Assembly: GCF_006345805.1 (NCBI RefSeq)
Contig: NC_042998.1
Location: forward strand, 95,232,001-95,296,000
DNA length: 64,000 nt
Source of the DNA: Octopus sinensis
Taxonomy: Eukaryota
Reading direction: 5' to 3'
The number at the start of each line of letters is the position of its first letter. Position 1 is the first letter of the stretch. Shown piece after piece: positions 13,567-26,911 of this stretch. Under the pieces are notes generated by a model. That model searched no databases and had not been told where the DNA came from. It saw nothing but the letters and a program-made list of their open reading frames with translations. The position numbers and the translations under genes are program-made.

Positions 13567-13825
13567 CGCAATCGATTGGGAGTTCTTCAGTATTGGCGAC
13601 CAGAAATACCTTGTTGTGACAAATGCACAAAATTCTAATGACCCCCATGAGCATTACAGCGTGATTTACCGTTGGCAGGGAGTTGATCAGTTTGTACCGA
13701 TTCATCGAATGAAAGTATTGCCATCTGCTGACATTGAAGTATTTCATATCAAACAGGACATATTTTTACTTTACGCAAATCCAAAGTCTAACATATCACA
13801 GATTCTTCGAGCAAAATTTGTATAA
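13567..13825 (+). CDS. TSPEAR: TSPEAR-like protein, terminal coding exon
   Basis: tttgtAG|C completes the AGC (Ser) codon from the phase-2 donor. Encodes AIDWEFFSIGDQKYLVVTNAQ...SVIYRWQGVDQFVPIHRMKVLPSADIEVF...YANPKSNISQILRAKFV*, matching the TSPEAR C-terminus pattern (ALDWEFFSVG..SIIYRWQG). Confidence 0.92.
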
Positions 13826-13973
13826 AATATTCTTATATATTTTAGAATGAAATATATTCTTAGATATCTGTTAATACTACTACTGTGTCAATTTTTTTTT
13901 ATGATGTAGATAACACAGAGTTAACATAGCATTCGTTACATATGCTATGCATACATATGTGTGCGTGTGTGTG

Positions 13974-14005
<32 letters not shown>

Positions 14006-14519
14006 CACGCACACACAAATGTATGACTGCATGCATTGTATGTATCTATATATGTATGTATGTATGTATGGATGGATGCATGCATGCATGCATGTGCCTG
14101 TATGCGTGTTTATATATCATATGTATAGAGAGGGGGAACGAAAAAGAGAAATAAAGGCTTCTAAGAACTGAAAGTTGAAGAGTGGGAGTTAAAGTAAGTA
14201 TACAAGAGAAAAGGGTGGAGGTAATATGGAGATTAAAGCATCAAGAGGAGAAAGAAGAACATTAAGACGAAGAAAACTTTGTGGCATCATTACGTGTCAA
14301 GGGTACGTGTATTTGTGTGTGTATGTATGTATGTATGTATGTATGTATGTATGTATGTATGTATGTATGTATGTATGTATGTTTGTATGTATGTATGTAT
14401 GGGTGTATGTATGTATGTATGTTTGTATGTATGTATGTATGTTTATATGTGTGTATGTATGTATATATGTATGTATTATGTATGTATGTTTGTTTGTTTG
14501 TATGTATGTATGTATGTAA

Positions 14520-14618
14520 TGTCATTATTCAGTTTTATTTCAAGATTTCTTGCCAATAGAAAAAGAGCCAATTTCTAACCTAAATCCTTCATTGGAATTT
14601 CAACAACATCAACAGGGT
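14520..14618 (-). mobile_element. Short 3'-end relic of the R4/Dong-like family embedded in (TATG)n
   Basis: gtcattattcagtt..tttcaagatttcttgccaatag..aaagagcc..attggaattt is nearly identical to 51231-51337. Confidence 0.7.
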
Positions 14619-14619
14619 G

Positions 14620-14651
<32 letters not shown>

Positions 14652-15274
14652 TGTATGTATGTATGTATGTATGTATGTATGTATGTATGTATGTACACGA
14701 TGGGCTTCCATCCTGCTTCCGTCTGCTATATTCACTCAAAATATTAATCAGCTTGAGGCTATAGTACCAATGATTCACATAGCGAGACCGAACCCAGAAA
14801 CACATAGTTATAGTTTTTAACTATACTGCCAAATCTGCATCGATGTTACTGATATGTTTCTTTTTAAATGCTCGGTGAGGTATCATTTATACTTCGTGCC
14901 GTGAGACTGGATCGAAGTCGAACCAAAAGAGTTTCTTTTTTGCGATATGAAAACGGAATAGAAGACAATGTATTAGAATTTGTTGAATTCTTGCTTACAT
15001 AGTCGTATAGTATGATTATGAAATTTAAACAGGTGATGTCTGTGATTTCACTCTGTGGTTAAGATTGTTTGCCTCTCCTCGCATAAAGTATAAGGTAAAA
15101 GATAACAAATCTTCAGAGTTGTTATCTAAGAAGTGACAAGTGTATAACAAGGGCTACAGCTTTCAGAGATGCTGTATCCTAAGACCACACATTCCATGCT
15201 ACTTATCTGGGCTTTTACACTGTCTGAAGAATCAAATGTTTCAAATAAATATGTAGGGAGGGGACTAGTCGATA

Positions 15275-15590
15275 AATTTACCGACCCCCGAAAGGATGAA
15301 AGGCAAAGTCAACCTCAGCGGAATTTGAACTCAGAAAGTGAAGATAGACGAAATACCTATTACTTTACTACCCACAAGGGGCTAAACACAGAGAAGACAT
15401 ACAAGGACAGACAAACGGACCAAGTCGATTACATCGACCCCAGTGCGTAACTGGTACTTAATTTCTCGACCCCGAAAAGATGAAAGGCAAAGTCGACCTC
15501 GGCGGAATTTGAACTCAGAACGTAACGGCAGACGAAATACGGCTACGCATTTCGCCCGGCGTGCTAATGATTCTTCCAGCTCGCCGCCTT
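15275..15590 (-). mobile_element. tRNA-derived SINE family B, internally duplicated (dimer-like)
   Basis: ttctgagttcaaattccgccgaggtcgactttgcctttcatcctttcggggtcgat core, which as I recall resembles the Meta-SINE domain. Further copies near 16.2, 23.2, 23.7, 25.0, 41.6, 44.2 and 53.7 kb. Confidence 0.8.
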
Positions 15591-16164
15591 CCTGCACCAA
15601 CATAATAATTTATGATATAATGTGTGGTTAAGAAACTAGCTTTGCAAACACTGCGCGGTACTTCTACTAGAGTGTCTAATGAAGGAATTTGGTTGATGGA
15701 AACTGTGTGGAAGGCTGTCATATATGTGTTTGCGTATCACATATACCCACAGTTTGACAACCGGTATTGTTTTGTTTACGTCTCCGTAACTCAGCGGTTC
15801 AGTAATAAGACCGATAGGATAAGTACTCGACTTTAAAAAGAAGACATAAGTAATGGGGTCGATTAGTTCGACTAGAATCTTTCAAGACGGTGTTCCAGTA
15901 TGGCTACAGGCCTATGAGTGGAAAAAGTAAGATTTCATGGCTTTCTCTTAACTTCCAATCATTTTACACTTTTCAAAGTAAGGATGGGAGAGATGAAACG
16001 AAGTCAAAAAACACGAAGAACCAAAAATAAAATGCAATGTTTTTAATTAAATCCGCAATTCCGAGTCAGAAGAAAATTAGAAATGACATTAAAAGGCAAT
16101 AAACAGTAACTGGAAATGACCCGAAATACGCCAGAAAATGTAGTTAATTTCCAATAAATTTGAG

Positions 16165-16560
16165 GCTGCGAGCTGGTAGAATCGTTAGCACGTCGGGCGA
16201 AATGCTTAGCAGTATTTCGTCTGCCGCTACGTTCTGAGTTCAAATTCCGCCGAGGTCGACTTTGCCTTTCATCCTTTCGGGGTCGATTAAATAAGTACCA
16301 GTTACGCACTGGGTCGATATAATCGACTTGATCCGTTTGTCTGTCCTTGTTTGTCCTCTCTGTGTTTAGCCCCTTGTGGGTAGTAAAGAAATAGGTATTT
16401 CGTCTGTCTTTACGTTCTGAGTTCAAATTCCGCCAAGGTCGACTTTGCTTTTCATCCTTTCGGGGTCGATAAAGTAAGTACCAGTCGCGTACTGGAGTCT
16501 ATCTAATCGACTAGGCACTCTCCCTAAAAATTCTGGGCCTTGTGCCTAGAGTAGAAAAGA
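16165..16560 (+). mobile_element. SINE family B dimer-like copy
   Basis: gagctggtagaatcgttagcacg head; core repeated at about 190-bp spacing. Confidence 0.85.
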
Positions 16561-16599
16561 ATAGAATTTTAAAAGTAAATTTGGAAAATTTCATTTTTT

Positions 16600-17097
16600 A
16601 CATGTTTCAGTCATTGGATTGCGGCCATGCTGGTACACCGTCTTAAAAGGTTCAGTCAAACAAATCGACTCCAGTATTTATTTTTTTAAAGTCTGGTACT
16701 TGTTCTAACACACACAAGCACAGACGCACAGACACGTACAAACGCGAACACACACACACACATGCGAGAGCATATGCACATGCACATTCACACACACACA
16801 CACATACACACACAAGCACAGACGCATAGATACGTACAAACGCGAACACACACACACATACACATGCGTGTGCGTGCGCGCGGTGTGTGTGTGTGTGCGT
16901 GTCCGTATCTGTGCGTATCCATCATATATATTTATGATGGATTTCCACACGGTTTCTGTGTACCAAATTCACTCACAAAGCATTAGTCGACCCGGGACTG
17001 TAATAGAAGACGCTTCTGTCCAAGGTACCGAGCTTTGGGACTGAACTTGAAACTACATGGTTGCAAGGCAAGCTTCTTACAACACAGCCATGCCTCC
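16600..17097 (-). mobile_element. SINE family A copy with internal (CA)n/(TG)n
   Basis: Tail tttcagtcattggattgcggccatgctgg and head acacagccatgcc on the plus strand. Confidence 0.75.
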
Positions 17098-17293
17098 GCT
17101 ATAACAATAAAAATTATTTTATTTAAATTGAAAATAAATAAATAAATGAATAAATAAAATTAAAATGCTATGTTCCATTTATCCTCAGAACATAAGAACC
17201 GAAACAAATTCAACAAAGCATCCATTTCCACTATGGTGTCCGATATCGTAACATTTGTTTCGTTGTTCATTCTATGTTGCTTTTTATTATTTG

Positions 17294-17689
17294 ACTAGCA
17301 GTATCGCCCGGCGTTGCTCGGGTTGTAAGGGAAATAACTATATAAGCATTTTTAGAGAGTTATAGCCAAAAAATAGCAAAAAAATGCATTAAAAATTGAA
17401 AAAAAATTAAGGTAAATTTTTTTTTAAATCGTTGACACATCGTAGATATTTTTAGAGAGTTACTTCCCTTATATAAAAGCGAAAAAATGCATTAAAATGG
17501 AAAAAAATATGATGTAAATTTTTTAAAATCGTAGACTCATCGTAGACGCACGCTAATACCCAGAAGGGCTCGATATGAATCACGACTATAAGATACCCGC
17601 TTTTGGTTACACTGCACCGCAAAATGTGGGAGTAGTTAGGAATCTAAATCGTAGGAGACAGACACACAACTTCACTCTTATATAAAGAT
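17294..17689 (+). mobile_element. Non-autonomous Helitron/Helentron-like element
   Basis: actagcagtatcgcccggcgttgctcggg 5' hairpin; internal ~100-bp duplication; 3' gacagacacacaacttcactcttatataaagat. Confidence 0.6.
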
Positions 17690-19378
17690 GCTTTTTTTTC
17701 AGTCATAGAGTTAGATTTATGAAGGTCTTCAGTAGAAAATCCTTCGAATTCTGACTCGCTGCTTGATATAATGAAATTCGTATCCATTTTTTGTCAGAAT
17801 TACAAATTTTGAAAACACAATAGGAACAAATTTCGGAAAAAAATCTCCCATAATTCACGGAATTAAAATTACACTTCGATTTTTGTACAAAACTGTAGTT
17901 GAAGTGTTTACGAAGTATAATACGTGTTTTCACGAATGTACTAAAGAGATTTGCTCTGATATTCTCATTTAAATATGAATAGGTAAATTCGGCGGCGGCT
18001 TGGTAACGAAAGGGTTAAACGGATGCATACATTTATTAATCTCTTATTATAATAACTATATATAGTGTCGTCTGTTTATACATAAACACTGTTTCATACT
18101 GCAATTATATTACATATATCTATATATAATATTATATAATAAAATATATACAGAGTAAAATAAAAACCAATTTACCTTTTCTGTCCGTCCGTGTGTCTTT
18201 GCAAATGTGTTGGAATGATAAGTGAGTTGTGTTTTTGGCGCCTTTTTTACTAAGTTGTATATGTATGTGTATGCGTGTGTGTGAGGAATGACACACACAC
18301 ACTCACGCACGCACACATGTACATCAATGCTTTCGGAGTGATATGTTAAAATATTGAGTTTTCTCGAATTTTGTCTTAATTGGTGGTAAAATTGAAAGAA
18401 ATATATTATGGCATGAGCGAATGGAGTACTTTGAAAAATCTTAGGTAAATTCTAATTGAAGAAATTGTGTGAGGAGTAAATGGTTATGTATTTATTTGTC
18501 TCTGTTTGCTGTGTTTTTTTTATTTTTTGAGTAGTGGTTTAAATACTTTCAGTTTAGTCTTCCTCAAATCACTCTGTCGCTATTTACTTTCATTTTATTC
18601 GTTGCACACTGTGTGTGTGCGTTTGCGTGTGGTGTAAACCAGACTAAGAAAAGCATTTGACACACACACCAGAATGTGAGTTTTCTGTAAATTTTGCTTA
18701 ATTGGAGTTTAAATTTTAAAAACTGGACCTGGCATGACGCGATGCATTCTACTCTTAAAAATGCTAGGTAAATTGTAATTGAAGAAATCCTATATTGTAG
18801 ATTTCTATAACTCCCAAAGGGCGGCAGATAAAATCTGCCTTTTATAATAAGAGATTACATAAGAACGTAGATTTGTGCCTATAATTCTTTTCAAGGTCTC
18901 TGAGACTGGAAAAAAGGAAGGAGAGAGGAATGTACCCTCAAACGAAAGACCCGGTCTGAATGCCTGTTCCTAAGGGAACAGACAAGGATTTTAAACTCGG
19001 TGACTGATTTTGCTTTCTGCGAAAAAAAAGTGGGGAGGTGGGGCACATTGGAATTTGAACTCAGAACGAAAGAAGCTTGCTTAAATTCTGCAAAGCGGTT
19101 TGTCCAGTGCTCTTCAGACACAACAAATTTGCTGCCTACAACTGCTAAATACTTGTTTCAGCCATTTAACTGCGGCCACGCTGGAGTACTTTCTCGGGAA
19201 TTTTAGTCGAATGAGTCTACCCCAGTACTATTTTTTAAAAGCCTGATACATATATTTTATCTCTGTGTTTTGTCGAAACTCTAAATTACATGGATGTATA
19301 CACACCAACAACGGTCGTTAAGCGGTGTTCAGGGACAAACACAGAGACACGCACACATGCACACACACATATATATAC

Positions 19379-19428
<50 letters not shown>

Positions 19429-19550
19429 ATGTATATATATATGTATGTATATATATATATACGTATATATATATATATATACACATACATATATACATAC
19501 ATACATACATACAGACATACATACATACATACATACATACATACATACAT

Positions 19551-20703
19551 ACTTATATATATATTCTCTTTTATATATATTCCGCTTATTATACAACATT
19601 ACTCTTTTATGTACACTTTTTATGTACATTCCTTTATGTACACTGTTTTGTTCTGCTTTTATATTTAACCCTACAAGTCTCTTATGTGGTGGTTTAATAA
19701 AGTATGTGATTGAGTATTATCTGGTAATTGATATTTGATTTAGATGTATTTCTCTCCATTTTCTTATCTTGTATTAGTAATTTGTGGTAAATCATTTTAT
19801 CTTTGCCCATATAATACAGTAAATGAATTGGTTGCATCGCAGTCATTGATATTTATGTATTAACTTTGTTGGGTACTTCACTAGCAGTATATTGGATATA
19901 TGTTATCCCATGGAGGGTTGCATTTGTAAATGCAACCCTCCATGGGATAACATATATCCAATATACTGCTAGTGAAGTACCCAACAAAGTAATACATAAA
20001 TATCAATGACTGCGATGCAATCAATTCATTTACTGTATTATATGGGCAAAGATAAAATGATTTACCACAAATTACTAATACAAGATAAGAAAATGGAGAA
20101 ATACATCTAAATCAAATATCAATTACCAGATAATACTCAATCACATACTTTATTAAACCACCACATAAGAGACTTGTAGGGTTAAATATAAAAGCAGAAC
20201 AAAACAGTGTACATAAGGAATGTACATAAAAAGTGTACATAAAAGAGTAATGTTGTATAATAAGCGGAATATATATAAAAGAGAATATATATATAAGTAA
20301 ATACAAATATAAGTATAGATTACATCTTACAGCTGTTTCGGCCATGTAGATAGGTATGTCTCATTTTACCAATATTACCAATATTACCAATATTACCATA
20401 AAGGGCTAATATTGGTAAAATGAGACATACCTATCTACATGGCCGAAACAGCTATAAGATGTAATCTATACTTATATTTATATTTACTTATATATATATT
20501 CTCTTTTATATATATTCCACATATTATACAACATTACTCTTTTATGTACACTTTTTATGTACATCCCTTTAGTGTACACACTGTTTTGTTCTGCTTTTAT
20601 ATTTAACCCTACAGTCTCTTATGTAGTGTTTAATAAAGTATGTGATTGAGTATTATCTGGTAATTGATATTTGATTTAGATGTATTTCTCCATTTTCTTA
20701 TCT

Positions 20704-20749
<46 letters not shown>

Positions 20750-21952
20750 CATATATACATACATACATACATACAGACATACATACATACATACATACAT
20801 ACATACATACTTATATATATTCTCTTTTATATATATTCCGCTTATTATACAACATTACTCTTTTATGTACACTTTTTATGTACATTCCTTTATGTACACT
20901 GTTTTGTTCTGCTTTTATATTTAACCCTACAAGTCTCTTATGTGGTGGTTTAATAAAGTATGTGATTGAGTATTATCTGGTAATTGATATTTGATTTAGA
21001 TGTATTTCTCCATTTTCTTATCTTGTATTAGTAATTTGTGGTAAATCATTTTATCTTTGCCCATATAATACAGTAAATGAATTGGTTGCATCGCAGTCAT
21101 TGATATTTATGTATTAACTTTGTTGGGTACTTCACTAGCAGTATATTGGATATATGTTATCCCATGGAGGGTTGCATTTGTAAATGCAACCCTCCATGGG
21201 ATAACATATATCCAATATACTGCTAGTGAAGTACCCAACAAAGTTAATACATAAATATCAATGACTGCGATGCAATCAATTCATTTACTGTATTATATGG
21301 GCAAAGATAAAATGATTTACCACAAATTACTAATACAAGATAAGAAAATGGAGAAATACATCTAAATCAAATATCAATTACCAGATAATACTCAATCACA
21401 TACTTTATTAAACCACCACATAAGAGACTTGTAGGGTTAAATATAAAAGCAGAACAAAACAGTGTACATAAGGGAATGTACATAAAAAGTGTACATAAAA
21501 GAGTAATGTTGTATAATAAGCGGAATATATATAAAAGAGAATATATATATAAGTAAATACAAATATAAGTATAGATTACATCTTACAGCTGTTTCGGCCA
21601 TGTAGATAGGTATGTCTCATTTTACCAATATTACCAATATTACCATAAAGGGCTAATATTGGTAAAATGAGACATACCTATCTACATGGCCGAAACAGCT
21701 ATAAGATGTAATCTATACTTATATTTATATTTACTTATATATATATTCTCTTTTATATATATTCCACATATTATACAACATTACTCTTTTATGTACACTT
21801 TTTTATGTACATCCCTTTAGTGTACACACTGTTTTGTTCTGCTTTTATATTTAACCCTACAGTCTCTTATGTAGTGGTTTAATAAAGTATGTGATTGAGT
21901 ATTATCTGGTAATTGATATTTGATTTAGATGTATTTCTCCATTTTCTTATCT

Positions 21953-21955
<3 letters not shown>
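19551..21955. repeat. Duplicated (period 1254 bp) three-armed fold-back palindrome A / A-inverted / A, nested in the microsatellite of a SINE
   Basis: Near-perfect ~375-bp arms around 2-nt spacers at 19926-19927 and 21180-21181; second hinges near 20378-20406 and 21633-21653. Host SINE halves lie at 19150-19345 and 22320-22410. Confidence 0.95.
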
Positions 21956-21989
<34 letters not shown>

Positions 21990-23179
21990 CTGTAAGATCC
22001 AAGGATCGAGGTGTAGGAAGAAAGTTAGCTTCAAACAATCCGTAGTAAACATAAAAAAACAGCTTTCAGGGACAATAGTGGTTCGATGAGACGGAAGATT
22101 GTGGATTTTTTTCGTATCGATGAACGATAAGCTGAAAAAAAGTTATTTTTATATTCCACGGTAGGTGACCAGAGTTCTTGGATGTACGAATAATAATACA
22201 AGAATTACGGAATGGAGTAGGTAAGATTCGGGCTACATATGTTTCATAGCGGGCGGAACCTCAAAAGTAGCAAAATTGAAAGTGAAGTATACGTAGCCCA
22301 GATCTTATAACTCTTGTATAACGGGCTTCCTTCAGTTTACATCAACGAAATCCTCTCCGAAGTTATAGTAAAAGATACTTGCCCAAGGTGTCACGCAGTG
22401 GGACTGAACTATGACATGAGATATAGTTAAGAACGGCTTTTATAAAAAAAAATTCTATTCCGTGCACTGTTTCATCTCATGCTCTAGGAGAAGGATTTTA
22501 TTTATTTATTTAATTTGCATAAACGTTATTTAAAAAAAAATGTAACTGAAGTGCGTTTATTGTTGCTACTTAGCAATTAATTTAATTCTCAATTGGTTTT
22601 GGTAATTTCCATATATGAATGCGAGTCAGAGAATAAGAAAAGAGCGTGATATTAAATTACACATTAAGTAGGATATAAAAACTGCCATTCCGCATCAATA
22701 GTGCTTCCATCGGTAATATGAATATTTTCCATATTTATTCAAAAATAAATTCCTGCAACATTTAAATTTAATTTGTCAAAATATTTTCGTCGCTTTGAAA
22801 CCGCAACCTGTTCACTGGCAAAACTGACAAAGTTGATTAGAAAAAAAAATTAAGAGTTACTTCCCTTATACCAAACCAGTTGATTTATTTACCTTCAAAA
22901 TGTAATTTCTATTAACGGTTATTTCCCCTCTGGCTTGCAATATTTTCGTTCATTAAAATCTAGTTACTTACCTTGTGTTGCTTCATCTAATCCTCCTAAC
23001 AATAAAAAGATAAATAAAATAAAGGCATTTTCACGTATCTTATATGATGTATTATGTTGTTTGTCACGGGAAATAACAATTTATTTAAATTACGTGGGTT
23101 TTCATGGCTCTATCAAGTAAACGTAGTTATGCACAAAGATAAATTGTAAAACGTGAAATGTAAGGTATTGCTAACTAGA

Positions 23180-23560
23180 AATTTTCTTTTCTGCTCTAGT
23201 CACAAGGCCTGAAATTTGGGGGGAGGGGGCCGGTCGATTAGATCGATCCAGTGCGCAACAGGTACTTAATATAACGACCCCGAAAGAATAAAAGGCAAAG
23301 TCGATCTCGGCGGAATTTGAACTCAGAACGTAAAGACAGACGAAATACCTATTTCTTTATTACCCACAAGGGGCTAAACATAGAGGTGACAAACATGGAC
23401 AGACATAGGTATTAAGTTGATTATATCGACCCCAGTACTTAACTGGTACTTAATTTATCGACCCCGAAAGGATGAAAGGCAAAGTCGACTTCGGCGGAAT
23501 TTGAACTCACAACGTAACGGCAGCCGAAATACCGCGAAGCATTTCGCCCGGTGTACTAAC
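23180..23560 (-). mobile_element. SINE family B dimer-like copy
   Basis: gaccccgaaaggatgaaaggcaaagtcgac..ggcggaatttgaactca present twice. Confidence 0.85.
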
Positions 23561-23924
23561 TAGAAATATTAGAAACTTTAATAGAGTTTTAGATTATGCA
23601 TTTACTAGATTTCTGCTAAATGTTACCTAAGGAATATCGGTTTCAAATTTAGGCACAAGGGCAGCAATTTCGCGGAAGGGGAACAAGTAAATTAGATCGA
23701 CCCCAGTGCTCAACTGGTACTTATTTTATCGATCATAAAAGGACGAAGGACAACGTCAACCTTGGAGGAATTTGAACTCAGAACGTAAAGATGGATGAAT
23801 TGCCGGAAAGCATTTTGTCCGGCGTCGCTAATGATTCTGCCAGCTTGCCCCCTTGTTACGTAAAGAATATCAAAAACTACTTTCACTTATGTCCATTGTC
23901 TGGACATCTTTCGTCATACACTTT

Positions 23925-24315
23925 TACTCTTTTACTTGTTTCAGTCATTTGACTGTGGCCATGCTGGAGCACCGCCTTTAGTCGAGCAAATCGACCCCAG
24001 GGCTTATTCTTTGTAAGTTTAGTACTTATTCTATCGGTCTCTTTTGCCCAACCGCTAAGTTACGGGGACGTAAACACACCAGCATCGGTTGTCAAGCGAT
24101 GTTGAGGGGACAAACACAGACACACAAACATATACACACATATACATAAATATACGACGGGCTTCTTTCAGTTTCCATTAACCAAATCCACTTACAAGGC
24201 TTTGGTCGACCCGAGGCTATAGCAGAAGACACTTACCCAAGGTGCCACGCAGTGGGACTGAACCCAGAACCATGTGGTTCGTAAGCAAGCTACTTACCAC
24301 ACAGCCACTCCTACA
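23925..24315 (-). mobile_element. Near full-length SINE family A copy
   Basis: Complete head-body-tail; closely matches 63633-64000. Confidence 0.88.
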
Positions 24316-24944
24316 CCTATAAAGCCACTCCTATGATCTCTTCAACGATTCTGCTATCCCACGTGTACCCTCCTGTTCTGCTTAGAGAAACAGAACAGGA
24401 GGATACACGTGGGGTATTTTCACTTCGTAGTATGATTAGTAGAGTTAATCCTTTAGTGCATCAAAAGTCTAAAATAAACCTTGGGCTCAATTCTGATTTC
24501 TGTGGTGTGAAGCAAACAAGGGACAAATCTCACTTAATAATTACAATGAAATTTGAACAAACGAAGTTTGAACATACAACCTATATTTCATTTTCTCAAT
24601 TTTCTTAATGTTCTTTTCCATCGTGATTTTGCCCTTTTATCACGTATCAGTGTTCATCCGGAACTCCAGTCAGTGTATATACGACAGGAACCAAAGTCGA
24701 CCTCGCTTGACGGTCACCGACGTTTGATGTGTAGACGATCGACTTGCTGTGATTCCAACAGCAAACGCCGTATATACGAGGACTAGATATCAATTCGAGA
24801 TCCGACTTGATAGTATCAATCCATTCCTTGATAGTATTAATCCACTTTTTGAATTATCATTTACACCTACCCAGAGATGCTCTGATGTGACTGCACAGGA
24901 TGACTTCGCTTCGTGATTGTCTTGATTTAATATGTTCTCAGTGT

Positions 24945-25680
24945 GAAGACTCGTGGGTTGGTGCTTAGGAGTATTTGGCTCACGTTCGTAAGGTCGTGAG
25001 TTCAATTTCTTATTTCTTTATTGCCCACAAGGGGCTAAACATAGAGGGGGCAGACAAGGACAGACAAAGAGATTAAGTCGATTACATCGACCCCAGTGCG
25101 TAAATGGTACTTAATTTATCAATCCCAAAAGGATGAAAGGCAAAGACGACCTGGGCGGAATTTGAACTCAGAACGTAGCGGCAGACGAAATACCTATTTC
25201 TTTACTACCCATAAGAGGCTAAACACAGAGAGGACGAACAAGGACAGACAAACGGATTAAGTCGATTATATCGACTCCAGTGTATAACTGGTACTTATTT
25301 AATCGACCCCGAAAGGATGAAAGGCAAAGTCGACCTCGGCGGAATTTGAACTCAGAACGTAGCGGCAGATGAAATACCGCTAAGCATTTCGCCCGGCGTG
25401 CTAACGTTTCTGCCAACGTGAGTTCAATTTCTGGCAGCGTTGTGTCTTTGAGCAAGACACTTTATTTTGCGTTTCTCCAGTCTACTCAACTATCTAAAAT
25501 GATCTGTACATATAATTCAAAGGACCACCCATATCACGCTGAATCTCTCTGAGAGCTATGTTAAGGGTGCACGTATCTGTGGCTAGCTCAGCCACTTGCA
25601 CGTTAATTTCGCGAGTAGGCTACTCCGTTGATAGATCAGCAGGAACCTTTGCTGTCTTAACCGACGGAGCTCCAGTGTTT
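24945..25680 (+). mobile_element. tRNA-headed SINE interrupted by a minus-strand family B SINE (25011-25416) with a 16-bp TSD
   Basis: cgtgagttcaatttct is duplicated at 24995-25010 and 25417-25432; the host continues with gttgtgtctttgagcaagacacttt. Confidence 0.85.
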
Positions 25681-26089
25681 TATGTTCTCAACTGATTGAG
25701 TCGAATAAGGTATATTACTGGTACCTAATTTGCCGAGTACAGGGGGACGAAATAAGGATGTGCAATGAAACTTGATTGCTTTCTATGTTATACTAGCAAA
25801 CGCCCCGCTGTCCATTGGACGGTGTAAGTTCGTTGTAAGACAAGAGACTAAAATAGTGTAATTCCGCTCGTCTATGCTTCTGTCTGTGATGCTCTGGCGA
25901 TTGCAGTAGAAGCAGCATTGCGAGCACCATTGCGAGTTTTGCTTGTTAAGCTGTCTGTGATGTTCTGGCGATCGAATTAGAGGCAGTATTGCGAGCACGC
26001 CGGAGTTGTGCTTGTTGAGCTGTCTGTGGTGCCCTAGCGGTTGAAGTTGAAGCAGCAAGTTCTATCTGTAGTCTCGGGGGGGGGGACCA

Positions 26090-26272
26090 AAAACGTAACA
26101 AATATTTGACCACATATGGGCATGATCCGAAAAGTTCAGTTCTTGAATTCAGACATGTAGCAGGGTCTAAGCTGCTTTTCCAGATGAACCATCTTTCCAT
26201 ATCACATAGACCGCACTTTCCACTGCCGTTGGTGCAGGGCTTACACTTGCTTTCTATATTGTGTCCACGCAC
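26090..26272 (-). mobile_element. PLE GIY-YIG endonuclease C-terminal fragment
   Basis: IESKCKPCTNGSGKCGLCDMERWFI...LNSRTELFGSCPYVVKYLL (CxLC-E...LNxRxE-C pattern); homologous to 34140-34290. Confidence 0.75.
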
Positions 26273-26911
26273 AAGCTTTTTATCTCTTTATACTTTTTAC
26301 TTATATTTCTTATATATTTTTATTTACATTTTTATACATATACTTCTTACATATTTATAGAGATATTGGTTTATAGGTTTATTGCTTATATATTCTTTAC
26401 ACAACATTTTTCTGTATTCGACCTTCCAGCCTGCTTTTTTACCTGTGCGTATATAGACGTGTTTTCCTCTGTGTTTTTACACATTTTCCTGTATTTTTGC
26501 CTTTAGCCCTGTTTTTTCTTGTGTATAGATGTATGTATAATCTTTTTTGTGCGTGCGTATGTGTGTGCGTATATAGACGTATGCGAGTATGTGCGTATAT
26601 AAGCGTGTGTGTTTACGTGCATACGGGTATGCGCGTATATAGACAGGGCTTACTCTTTGTACACTCCCTTAGATGAATGTATGCTGTTAGGCGCACGTAC
26701 ATGGGTGTGCAGGCGCGCATGTGTAGGTATGAACATGCGCGCTTACGCGAATACTATGAACTCTTTGCCCCCTTACTTTTACCCCCTTACTTTTACCCCC
26801 TTCCCTCATTTAGCGGTCATTCAAATAGCTCTTTTGTCTTAATAACGGTCAATCACACAGTAATTTCCCTTTGTATAACGGCCATTTTTCATAGCATTTT
26901 TCCGATGGCCG

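Noticed and set aside
19551-21955. CRISPR-like array or prokaryotic system in the repeated regions
   Set aside because: No short repeat-unique spacer periodicity and no cas-like ORFs; the context is spliceosomal eukaryotic DNA.
22770-22825. HHR-like motifs on the minus strand here (GTGAACA..GAAA), at 13465-13502 and on the plus strand at 32660-32725
   Set aside because: The core box deviates from CUGANGA and the stems are weak; possibly decayed PLE repeats but not supportable.
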